Assembly: GCA_040290255.1 (NCBI GenBank)
Contig: PSMU01000002.1
Span: forward strand, 64,001-128,000
DNA: 64,000 bases
Direction of reading: 5' to 3'
Source: Nitrososphaerota archaeon
Lineage (GTDB): Archaea > Thermoproteota > Nitrososphaeria > PSMU01
A program made the translations under genes and the position numbers. The notes under the pieces are model-generated. The model saw only the letters and a list, made by a program, of their open reading frames with translations. It ran no database searches and was not told the DNA's origin. This document shows positions 17,815 through 26,357 of the stretch, piece after piece. Numbering within the stretch: position 1 is the first letter of the stretch; every line of letters begins with the position of its first letter.

Positions 17815-17885
17815 CGTCACGAAGCTATTTTGCTCTAGGCGCTCCAAACGACGCAGCAGGGGGGCCAAGGCCTGCGCCCGGAACT

Positions 17886-17893
17886 CTTATAAG
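17886..17893 (+). promoter_or_regulatory. TATA box upstream of the H/ACA-like RNA and udg
   Basis: CTTATAAG about 22-28 bp before 17915. Confidence 0.6.
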
Positions 17894-17914
17894 AAGGCAG
17901 GGCGCCGGGCTACA

Positions 17915-17977
17915 GGCTCCTGCCACCGGGCACCCGCTTGAGTCGTGATAGCGGGACGACGAGCGGGAGCCACAGGG
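17915..17977 (+). ncRNA. Candidate single-hairpin box H/ACA pseudouridylation guide RNA
   Basis: Lower stem GGCTCCTGC (17915-23)/GCGGGAGCC (17963-71) is followed directly by ACA (17972-74). An internal pocket leads to upper stem CCCGCT/AGCGGG, closed by a K-loop (TTGA-gtc-GTGAT). Confidence 0.68.
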
Positions 17978-17983
17978 CAAAAT

Positions 17984-18673
17984 TTGAGCCTAGAGGACAC
18001 GAGGAGGGCGCTGCAGGCCCTGGCCCAGGAGGTTATAGCCTGCGAGCGATGTCCTAGGCTAAGGCAGTATTGTATGCAGATAGCCCGTGAGAAGGTGAGG
18101 CGCTTCAGGGACTGGGAGTACTGGGGCAGGCCCGTGCCGGGCTTTGGAGACCCCGCCGCGAAGATCCTAGTGATAGGGCTTGCGCCCGCCGCGCACGGCG
18201 GGAATCGGACGGGGCGCATGTTTACAGGCGACAGCTCGGGGGACTGGCTCATCAGGGCGCTTTACGAGCAGGGGTTCGCCAACCAACCCTTTTCCTCGCA
18301 TAGAGATGACGGCCTTGAGCTAAGGGGTGTATACATCACCGCGATCGTGCGCTGCGCGCCGCCCAACAACAGGCCGACGCGCGAGGAGATCGAGAACTGC
18401 AGCCCTTACCTGCTCGCTGAGCTCGAGATCCTGAGGGATGTAAAGGTGGTCATAGCGCTGGGGCGCATCGCCTTTGAGAATTACCTCAGGAGGGTCGTCC
18501 GAAGCCGGGCCGGGTATGCATTTCGCCATGGCGCGGCGTACAGGCTCCCTAACGGCGTACACCTTATCGCCTCATACCATCCCAGCAGGCAGAACACCCA
18601 GACGGGCAGGCTAACGTGGGCCGCCTGGTCCGGCATCTTTCGACTGGCAAGGGAGCTTGCCTCTCGGCCCTAG
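17984..18673 (+). CDS. udg: Uracil-DNA glycosylase, family 5 (Fe-S)
   Basis: CERCPRL, GLAPAAHGGNRTGRMFTGD and YHPSRQN. Start reassigned to TTG 17984. Confidence 0.92.
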   Translation: MSLEDTRRALQALAQEVIACERCPRLRQYCMQIAREKVRRFRDWEYWGRPVPGFGDPAAKILVIGLAPAAHGGNRTGRMFTGDSSGDWLIRALYEQGFANQPFSSHRDDGLELRGVYITAIVRCAPPNNRPTREEIENCSPYLLAELEILRDVKVVIALGRIAFENYLRRVVRSRAGYAFRHGAAYRLPNGVHLIASYHPSRQNTQTGRLTWAAWSGIFRLARELASRP

Positions 18674-18733
18674 GGAAGCGACTTAATGCGGGAGCCCATC
18701 TTCCTCAGCCCTTGGCGCGGTTCCCGCTGAAGG

Positions 18734-19186
18734 CTAGGATTGCCCCCTATGTCCATGGGACATGAGCCTGTGCACCTGCATCATGCAGGCATCCATGACC
18801 ACCGCGATCCCGGCCTCTTCGCAGAGGCGCGCGGCCTCACCGTTCTCCAGGCCCAGCTGAGCCCAGAAGACGAAGGGCCTGCCATATCTTCTCTTCAGCT
18901 CCACGGCCTCCTCGGCCACCCTCGGTAACTCCTCGCTGGGCCTGAAGACATCTACCACCTCCACCTCCTTTGCCACCTCGGGAGGAAGGCCCAGCAACGA
19001 GGGATAGGCCTTTTCCCCCAGGATCTCCTGCGCGCTGGGGTTGATGGGGATTATCCTGTAACCTTTCTCCTTGAGATAGGCGGGGACGGTGTGCGCATCC
19101 TTCTCGGGGTTTCTCGAGGCGCCCACCACCGCGATGACCCTGTACCTGTTCAGCACCTCCCTCGGGTCCACCGTTGCGTATGTCAT
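18734..19186 (-). CDS. CoA-binding protein (YccU-like)
   Basis: IAVVGAS, IPINP, VDVFRP and WAQLG. Confidence 0.9.
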   Translation of the reverse strand: MTYATVDPREVLNRYRVIAVVGASRNPEKDAHTVPAYLKEKGYRIIPINPSAQEILGEKAYPSLLGLPPEVAKEVEVVDVFRPSEELPRVAEEAVELKRRYGRPFVFWAQLGLENGEAARLCEEAGIAVVMDACMMQVHRLMSHGHRGQS

Positions 19187-19253
19187 GCTGCCTTAAGCGC
19201 CAGGAACGATTTAAGCTTAAGTGCGACCACTTGAAGCGGCCGCCGAAGGGGCC

Positions 19254-19430
19254 ATGGCCGAAAAGCTGCTCAAGTTCATCCGGGTCTCCAGCAGGACCTA
19301 TGAGAGGCTCAAGAGAATGGGCAGGAAGGGCGAAACGTTTAACGACATAATCGAGAGGCTGCTCGACTTCTGGGAGGAGCAGGCCGACAGGACATCGAGC
19401 ATCAAAAGGGAAAAGGCTCGCACCGTATAG
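19254..19430 (+). CDS. Small RHH-like DNA-binding / antitoxin-like protein
   Basis: IRVSSRTYERLKRMGRKGETFNDIIERLL; likely ATG 19254. Confidence 0.7.
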   Translation: MAEKLLKFIRVSSRTYERLKRMGRKGETFNDIIERLLDFWEEQADRTSSIKREKARTV

Positions 19431-19439
19431 AGGGCTAGG

Positions 19440-20396
19440 CTAAATGGGATAAGCGCCGCAGAACCTGCAGTGCACGGACGACCTCCTGGCTCGGGCGCGG
19501 CATGCCGGACAAAGCTTGCTTCCCCTTCCCATATTCGCTGGAGGGCCGTAGGCCTTTCTGAAGTGTCGATAATATACCAGCTGCTCCGCATCCCTGAGCC
19601 TAACCGCGTCCTGCTCCGCATAGTGCTTGCTAAGCTTGCCATAAAGCCCCACGTCGATGCCTGAGGCGAGCTCCTCGGCCAGAAGGTCTATGCCCGAGCC
19701 GGCGCTGATATGCAGCTTTGGCCTCCAGGCCAGCTCAGGGGTTATCAGATCCTCAAAGGCCTTCCGTAGGATCCACTTGCCCCATATCCCGCTCCCCTCC
19801 TTCCTGACCTTAAGCGAAGGGTCTATCCCCATGGCGAGCCGCTTGAGCTCCTCGTGGAGATACGGAAGCCGGGCCCTGAGCCCAAGGCTTTGCGCCAGGG
19901 GTATCGAGGAGAACCTCATCCCCCTCCACGTCCTCCTGAGGGCGCTTATCAGCCGCCGCCTGTCCAGCTCGAGGTAAAAGGAGTAGCCGGCGAAGAGCTC
20001 ATCGCCGCCGTCGCCCGTCATCAGCGAGGATAAGCCCAGCTCCTTTGCCTTCAGCAGCGCCAGGTAAACGGCCGTGCCTCCCCGGACCTCCATGGTATCA
20101 AAGGTCTTCAACTCCCTTATTACATGCCCGGCCGCCGCTTCATATTCATCAAGGCCAGGTCTTATAATATGATGCCGAAGCCCGAAGAGCTTCGCTGCCC
20201 TGCGCGCATACATCAGGTCGGGCGAATTCCCTACTGAAACCGTGAGCGCGAGCGGGTCTGAGTAGCGGGAGGCCAGGCAGGCCAGTATCGAAGTGTCCAG
20301 CCCGCCGGAGAGGAGGAGCCCATCGGCTAGGTTTGCCCGCACGGCCTCGCTCAACTTCCCCCTGAGCAGCTCTATCAGCTTGGCCAGCATGGCCAA
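19440..20396 (-). CDS. Asparagine synthase C-terminal (ATP pyrophosphatase) domain protein with C-terminal Zn ribbon
   Basis: LLSGGLDTS, TGDGGDELFAGY, KWILRKAF and terminal CPAC..CRFC; no glutaminase domain. Confidence 0.85.
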   Translation of the reverse strand: MAMLAKLIELLRGKLSEAVRANLADGLLLSGGLDTSILACLASRYSDPLALTVSVGNSPDLMYARRAAKLFGLRHHIIRPGLDEYEAAAGHVIRELKTFDTMEVRGGTAVYLALLKAKELGLSSLMTGDGGDELFAGYSFYLELDRRRLISALRRTWRGMRFSSIPLAQSLGLRARLPYLHEELKRLAMGIDPSLKVRKEGSGIWGKWILRKAFEDLITPELAWRPKLHISAGSGIDLLAEELASGIDVGLYGKLSKHYAEQDAVRLRDAEQLVYYRHFRKAYGPPANMGRGSKLCPACRARARRSSVHCRFCGAYPI

Positions 20397-20472
20397 GCCA
20401 AAAGGGGTGGGGCGCCGTATTTAAAGATGGATGGCTCATCCATCCTGGCCATCTCGAGGCGCTGCTAGCGGC

Positions 20473-20485
20473 AAAAAAGCAAAAA
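20473..20485 (-). terminator. Oligo-U terminator of the APC permease gene
   Basis: Two T runs (T5, T6) on the minus strand immediately after the stop codon. Confidence 0.5.
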
Positions 20486-20489
20486 TTGG

Positions 20490-22073
20490 CTACTCGGGAG
20501 GTATCTCCTTGAACACGAGCTCTATGGGCACCCCCTTCCTCTTGGCCGAAAGATATCCCGCTATGTAGACCGCGGCCCCCAGGGCGTAGATGAGCAGGTA
20601 GGTGATGCCGCTGCGCGCATCGAGGGGCAAGTTGCCGACGGCGATCGAGAGGTAGGTGGAAAAGATAAGGTAGAGGGCCGTGGCGACGCCCAGCCACGTG
20701 AGAAGCGGAATGCCCAGAATCCTTCTCTTGATGAGTATGACCCTCTCATACATATCCCGCCTGATGTAGGGGAAGAGGGCCGCGGCGATGGACGGAATTA
20801 TGAAGCCGAATGTGAAGATGGGGAAGGTCGTCACATCTATGCCGGCATCGGGGAAGAAGTCCAAAATGGCCGCGGCCAGGGTCCCGCCGGCTATGACGAT
20901 GAGCGAGGCGATGAGCGGGGTATGCAGCCTCTCGCTCACGCTGGCCAGCCTCTCGGGCAGGATCCTGTCGAAGGCCCACGTGAAGATGTAGCGCGTCTGT
21001 GAAATCAGGTTGGGGGGGTTGCTGCCGTAGTTGGGCAACCATAGGGCCAGAAACATCAGTATCAGCAATAGGGGGCTTTTGTAGACGACGAAGGCCAAGA
21101 AGGGCCAGAAGCTACCTACGCCGCTAAAGGGCAGCGAGCCCTGGCTGTCCAAATTGCTCCAGGCCTCTAGGAAGGACTGGCCAAAGGCGTGAAAGGCCAG
21201 GACCGTGAAGGCGACGTAGTAAATGAAGACCCAGATGAGCGCGCCTATTATGGCGATGAACATGGACCTCCTGACGGACTTCATCTCGCCCGCCCAGGCG
21301 TTCGGCAGCGTGTACCACGTGTAGGAGAACCAGGCGAAGGGCAGCGCCGCAAAGGTGGCGGGCCAGAGCCCCGGCGACTCCAGGCTGCCCTGGGAGAGGA
21401 TTCCCTCGTAGCTGGTGTAATTCCCTGAGGCGGCGAAGGCGTCGTATGCCGCCCTGAAGGACTCAGGCGTTATCGCGGCCAAGGCCCCGAAAAAGACCGC
21501 GGTGGCCACCATTGAAGCAATGCCCGTCCAGAGCACGAAACCCCACGCATATTTGGGTCGGAGGAGCGAGATGATGCCCGTGGGGATAATCGTCGTCAGC
21601 ATCGTCATCGCAAAGGAGGGCACGGGCTCGGTGAGGTAGGAGCCTAGCTGTGCGAGGCCGGGATTGTTATACAGAATGCCCATCGAGGCCAGCGTCGAGC
21701 CTATGTACTTGGTGCCTAGAAAGGAGAAGATTCCGAAGTTGAGTATCCATGCCGCCACGAGCCCAAAGTGATTCACGAACGCGATGAAGGGGTGCAGGGC
21801 CCTGCTCACGAAGATATAGTCCGCGCCCGAGCGTGGGAGGGATATGCCTATGATGACCGCCAGGCTGGCTAGAGTCAGCGAGGGCAAGAAGGCGATGAGC
21901 CAAGCGACGGGCCAGTTCGCGCCGGGGGCCGTATATAATAGTGAGACGAAGAGGATGGGCACTCCTCCCGTTACAAGTCCGAAGACGGCGAAGAAGGAGG
22001 ACCAGGGCCCCACCTCCCTGACGAGTCCCGTGGCTTCCCTGACGAAGACGAGCCTCTTTTCCGCCATTTTCAC
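20490..22073 (-). CDS. APC-family amino acid/polyamine permease
   Basis: FVREATGLVRE start, PRSGADY, RYIFTWAFDRILP and about 12 TM segments. Confidence 0.9.
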   Translation of the reverse strand: MKMAEKRLVFVREATGLVREVGPWSSFFAVFGLVTGGVPILFVSLLYTAPGANWPVAWLIAFLPSLTLASLAVIIGISLPRSGADYIFVSRALHPFIAFVNHFGLVAAWILNFGIFSFLGTKYIGSTLASMGILYNNPGLAQLGSYLTEPVPSFAMTMLTTIIPTGIISLLRPKYAWGFVLWTGIASMVATAVFFGALAAITPESFRAAYDAFAASGNYTSYEGILSQGSLESPGLWPATFAALPFAWFSYTWYTLPNAWAGEMKSVRRSMFIAIIGALIWVFIYYVAFTVLAFHAFGQSFLEAWSNLDSQGSLPFSGVGSFWPFLAFVVYKSPLLLILMFLALWLPNYGSNPPNLISQTRYIFTWAFDRILPERLASVSERLHTPLIASLIVIAGGTLAAAILDFFPDAGIDVTTFPIFTFGFIIPSIAAALFPYIRRDMYERVILIKRRILGIPLLTWLGVATALYLIFSTYLSIAVGNLPLDARSGITYLLIYALGAAVYIAGYLSAKRKGVPIELVFKEIPPE

Positions 22074-22211
22074 AAGATTATCAGCTTATGTTTTTAGCCT
22101 TTAGCTCTTCGCCGTTGCTATCCGGCACTCTGTAAGCACGTGGGCCACCAGAGGCTAGGGGTGGCGCCTGCTCAGCGCCAATCTTATATGTTTCGGAAAC
22201 GCTAAGCTTAC

Positions 22212-23219
22212 GTGGCCCCCTCGGCTTCTTACGTGGTCATCAACATGACGCCCCTTCCCTCAGCCTTAATCAGGCCGCTGCTCGCTGCCTATGCCCATGA
22301 TCTCAGCATAGAGGTGGTGGATGTGCATGGCAAGGACAGAGGCTATGTCCTCTCGCAGCTCGAAAGGGCGGATGTGGTCATAGGCGATTACACCTTCAGC
22401 ATGAAAATCGACCGCGAAATGCTCGACAGGATGGCCAGAGTTAGGCTCATAGCTCAGCCCAGCACGGGCTACGACCACATAGATGTCGAGTACGCCGCAA
22501 AGAGGGGCATACCTGTGGCCAACATAGGAGCTGCCAACGCCGCCAGCGTGGCGGAGCACACCATCTTGCTCGCGCTGGCCCTGCTGAAGAGGCTGGGTCA
22601 AGCGCATGCGAGGACCGCGGGCGGCCGCTGGGCCCAGCAGGAGTTCATGGACCTGGGCGTATATGAGCTACAGGGAAAGACCTGGGGCATCCTGGGCTTC
22701 GGCAGGATAGGGCGTGAGGTAGCTAAAAGGCTGGCCGGCTGGGGCGTGAGGCTGCTCTACTACGATAAGGTGAGGGCTCCGGAGGAGCTCGAGAGGCAGC
22801 TGGGCGCGGCGCCGAGCGACCTGGCGGGCCTGCTTAGGCAGGCAGACGTAGTGAGCGTTCACCTCCCCCTGAGCCTGGAGACCTCTAGGCTGCTGGGCGA
22901 GAGGGAGCTCAGGATGATGAAGCCCACGGCCGTGCTCGTGAACACCTCGCGCGGCGAGATCGTGGATGAGCAGGCGCTGGCGAGGGCGTTAGAGCAGAGG
23001 TGGATCTTGGGCGCGGCCGTAGATGTCTTCTCCAGCGAGCCCCCTCCTTCGGATCATCCGCTCATCAGGCTCGCCGCCATGGGCGCGAACGTGCTGCTGA
23101 CGCCCCACATAGCCGGCGCCACGGCCGAGGCCAGGCAGCGCATCATACAAGTGACCGTGGAGAACGTGGTCCGCGCCCTAAAGGGAGAGAGGCCCCTGAA
23201 CGTGGTGAACCTGTCCTGA
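22212..23219 (+). CDS. D-2-hydroxyacid dehydrogenase (glyoxylate reductase-like)
   Basis: GYDHID, GFGRIG, VNTSRG, DVFSSEP and TPHIAG. Confidence 0.9.
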   Translation: MAPSASYVVINMTPLPSALIRPLLAAYAHDLSIEVVDVHGKDRGYVLSQLERADVVIGDYTFSMKIDREMLDRMARVRLIAQPSTGYDHIDVEYAAKRGIPVANIGAANAASVAEHTILLALALLKRLGQAHARTAGGRWAQQEFMDLGVYELQGKTWGILGFGRIGREVAKRLAGWGVRLLYYDKVRAPEELERQLGAAPSDLAGLLRQADVVSVHLPLSLETSRLLGERELRMMKPTAVLVNTSRGEIVDEQALARALEQRWILGAAVDVFSSEPPPSDHPLIRLAAMGANVLLTPHIAGATAEARQRIIQVTVENVVRALKGERPLNVVNLS

Positions 23220-24898
23220 GCGCCCCGACCTGCGCGCAGGCCATTGTGGCGACGCTGGAGGCGCTGGGGGTAAAGAGGGTATATGGCCTGATAGGCACCT
23301 CGGTCCTAGAGCTCTTCGATGCCCTCTACGAGAGGAGGAACGCCATTAGGCTCATCACCACCAGGCACGAGCAGGTCGCGGCCAGCATGGCCGATGCGGA
23401 GGGCAGGCTCACGGGCTTCCCGGGGACGGCCATAGTGCATGCCGGCCCGGGCTTCCTGAATACGCTCATCTCCGTGGCCAACGCGTACAAGGACAGCTCG
23501 CCCCTGGTGCTCATCGCGGGAGGCGTGAGGAGGAGGCTCAGGGGCCTCGACTCCTGGCTGGAGGTGGACCAGGCCTCCATCATGGCGCCCTTAGCAAAGT
23601 CCGTGCACACAATAACAAACGCCCAGGAAGCGGGGCGCATCCTCGAGGGGGCCTACGAGCAGGCCATGGCGCCTCCCCGGGGCCCCGTCTTCGTGGAGGT
23701 GCCCGAGGATGTGCAGAGGGAGAGCTATGTGGGGGCGCTGGGCGCGAGCGCTATATCAGCTCCCGCGGCACCCGTGGCATCGCCTCAGGACGTCGAGCGC
23801 GCCGCGCGGCAGCTGCAAGCGGCCACAAGGCCCTTGATAATAGCCGGGGGAGGCATCAACTGCGAGGAGGGCGCGCGCCTGCTGGAGCTCTTCGTCGAAC
23901 GCCATCTTATCCCCGTCGCATCCACCGGCAACGGCAGGGGGGCGCTACGCGAGGACCACGAACTCTGCTTGGGAAGAGTGGGCTTCGGCGGGGGCAATCC
24001 CGTGGCCGATTATGCGCTCGCGCGGGCCGACGTGCTTCTCGCTTTGGGGGCCGGCATCTCCGACGTTACTACCTATGCGCACACCAACATGCCCCGAGGA
24101 AGGATAATCTCGGTGAACCTGGACCCTCGCTGCGAGCAGAAGCCGCCGCCCTGCGACCTCCACCTTTTCGCGGATGCGCCCTCCTTTCTAAGGGCCCTTT
24201 ACGAGCTCATGGGCAGCTCATCTTACAGGGCGCCGGCCGAGTGGCTCAGCGAGCTTAGCGAGCGGCGGGAGCTATGGGGCGCGATGCTGGAGCAGGCGCT
24301 CGCCAAGCGAAGCGGCGCTTACGTCAACGCCAATAAATTCTTCGCCGCGCTCGACGAAAGGAGCCCTAGCGATGTAATAGTGAGCGCGGGGCAGGGCCTG
24401 CACATCCTCTACAGCTACGCGTACCAGAGGATACGCGGGCCCCGCTCCTTCCTGGCGGCCACAAATATGGGCTCTATGGGCTTCGCGCTGCCCGCCGCCC
24501 TGGCCGCCAAGCTGGTTTACCCCGCAAGGGAGGTCCTGGCCGTGGTGGGAGATGGGGAGCTGATGATGACGCTGCAGGACTTGGAAACGGCCGTGAGGGA
24601 GAAGCTGGGCATCAGGCTCATCGTGGTCAACGACAACGCCTACGGCGTGCTCTATGCCCGCCAGAGGGTGCAGAAGGGCGGAAGGATTCACGGCACCAGG
24701 TATGGAAATCCCGACTTCGTGCAGCTCGCGCAGGCGTTTGGGCTCAAGGGCATAAGGGTAAGCGCGGATGACCAGATCGCGGCCGCCATAGACGAGATGT
24801 TCGCTCACGAGGGGCCCGTGCTGGTGGAGCTCGTCGTGGACCCCGATGAGCTGCCGCCCACGAACCTGCAGGCCAATTTGGCCATGGGCATGGCCTGA
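23216..24898 (+). CDS. Thiamine-diphosphate-dependent enzyme (acetolactate synthase-like)
   Basis: RHEQ, GPG and GDG...NDNAYG ThDP motifs. The ORF-track N-terminal extension overlaps the upstream gene; the likely start is CTG 23216 (CTGA overlap, GGTGA SD upstream). Confidence 0.88.
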   Translation: MSAPTCAQAIVATLEALGVKRVYGLIGTSVLELFDALYERRNAIRLITTRHEQVAASMADAEGRLTGFPGTAIVHAGPGFLNTLISVANAYKDSSPLVLIAGGVRRRLRGLDSWLEVDQASIMAPLAKSVHTITNAQEAGRILEGAYEQAMAPPRGPVFVEVPEDVQRESYVGALGASAISAPAAPVASPQDVERAARQLQAATRPLIIAGGGINCEEGARLLELFVERHLIPVASTGNGRGALREDHELCLGRVGFGGGNPVADYALARADVLLALGAGISDVTTYAHTNMPRGRIISVNLDPRCEQKPPPCDLHLFADAPSFLRALYELMGSSSYRAPAEWLSELSERRELWGAMLEQALAKRSGAYVNANKFFAALDERSPSDVIVSAGQGLHILYSYAYQRIRGPRSFLAATNMGSMGFALPAALAAKLVYPAREVLAVVGDGELMMTLQDLETAVREKLGIRLIVVNDNAYGVLYARQRVQKGGRIHGTRYGNPDFVQLAQAFGLKGIRVSADDQIAAAIDEMFAHEGPVLVELVVDPDELPPTNLQANLAMGMA

Positions 24899-24903
24899 TG
24901 CGG

Positions 24904-26271
24904 CTAGATGGCCTCCACGATCGGCAGCCTGAGCTCGAACTGCTTGAGCAGCGCGATGACCTGCTTGAAGGCTTCGAGGGCCGCGTTCACATCCTCCTGA
25001 CTATGTAGCACGGACACGGTCCATTGCTCATCCGGGCCCGTGGCCTCTGGTATTACGCCCTGGTTTAGCATGCCAAGATAGTAGGCCCACCATTTGCCCA
25101 CATCGCACCTCAGAAAATCCCTCCAGTTCTCGACGGGCCCCTCGGTGAAGAAGATGTTGCCGCTGATGCCCATCCACTGCACCACCGCCTTGAGGCCCGC
25201 ATCCTTCAGGATGTCCTGATATCCCTTGGCCAGCTCCTCGCCCAGCCTAGAGGCTTGGGCAAGCGCTGCCTCCGTCAATATCTCCCTGAGCGTGACGAGG
25301 CCTGCCGTGACGGAGAGGGGGTTGGCGTTGAAGGTGCCCGCATGTGAGACGACGCCGGGCACCAGCGCTTCCATCACATCCCTCCTGCCCCCCACGGCCG
25401 ATAGAGGCAGCCCACCCGCCAGGGCCTTTCCCAGCGCCACTAGGTCCGCCCTGACGCCGAACCTGGCCTGCGCGCCTCCGTAGAACTTGCCGCAGGTCTT
25501 CACCTCATCGAAGATCAGCAGCGAGCCGTATTCGTCACAGAGGCGCCTTAAGCCCTCCAGGAAGCCAGGCTTTGGAGGCACGAAGCCCATGTTCATCGGT
25601 ATGGGCTCCAGTATGATGGCTGCGACTTCATTTCCCTCCCGCCTCATGAGCTCCTCCACGGCCTCCAGGTCGTTGAAGGGGGCCACTAGGACCTGCCTTA
25701 CGACCGCCTCGGGGATGCCCTGGGAAGCCGCCACGGGCCTAGGCCTGCGCGCATGGCCGGCCTTGGCCGCCTGGGGCTTTACGCTGACCAGCAGCGCGTC
25801 ATGGGAACCGTGGTAGCAGCCCTCAAACTTCAGCAGCTTGCTCCTGCCGGTAAACGCCCTGGCCAGCCGCACGGCATGCTGCGTCGCCTCTAGGCCGGTG
25901 GAGGAAAACTTAACCATGTCCAGGCGAAAGCGCGCGCAGACGAGCTTGGCCAGTTCCTTCGTGGCCTCGAACTCGAAGCCCAGCAGGGCACCATCCGCTA
26001 CCCTCTCGGCCAGGGCCTGCACCAGGCGAGGATGGGCATGGCCCGAGACCAGCGCGCCAAAGGCCATGTTGAAGTCCACATACTCATTGCCATCCGCATC
26101 CCAGATCCGGCTCCCCCTGGCCTTTGAGCAGTACAGCGGGTAGGGCTCTATGTGCCTATAGTTGCTGTGCACGCCATAGGGCGTTAGGAGCCTGGCCTCG
26201 TTAAAGAGCTGCCGGGAGCGGCGCGTCCTCTCTTCATAGGCTCCCTTCATCTTATCGACGAGCCTTTCCAT
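24904..26271 (-). CDS. Class III aminotransferase, glutamate-1-semialdehyde aminomutase-like
   Basis: KFEGCYHG, LIFDEVKT, LGKALAGG and HAGTFNANP. Confidence 0.88.
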   Translation of the reverse strand: MERLVDKMKGAYEERTRRSRQLFNEARLLTPYGVHSNYRHIEPYPLYCSKARGSRIWDADGNEYVDFNMAFGALVSGHAHPRLVQALAERVADGALLGFEFEATKELAKLVCARFRLDMVKFSSTGLEATQHAVRLARAFTGRSKLLKFEGCYHGSHDALLVSVKPQAAKAGHARRPRPVAASQGIPEAVVRQVLVAPFNDLEAVEELMRREGNEVAAIILEPIPMNMGFVPPKPGFLEGLRRLCDEYGSLLIFDEVKTCGKFYGGAQARFGVRADLVALGKALAGGLPLSAVGGRRDVMEALVPGVVSHAGTFNANPLSVTAGLVTLREILTEAALAQASRLGEELAKGYQDILKDAGLKAVVQWMGISGNIFFTEGPVENWRDFLRCDVGKWWAYYLGMLNQGVIPEATGPDEQWTVSVLHSQEDVNAALEAFKQVIALLKQFELRLPIVEAI

Positions 26272-26357
26272 CGGATGGGTAGGGGAGGAGGACGATATAA
26301 AACTGCGGCGCGGCGCGCCTCAAAATTAGGCTTAAATATCGATTCACATCGTTCGCC

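Noticed and set aside
23000-23215. N-terminal extension of the ThDP enzyme
   Set aside because: It overlaps the dehydrogenase gene in another frame and reads as Arg-rich shadow translation.
24904-26271. Calling this gene hemL
   Set aside because: GSA-aminomutase-like, but there are no tetrapyrrole genes nearby and the context is catabolic, so the symbol is withheld.
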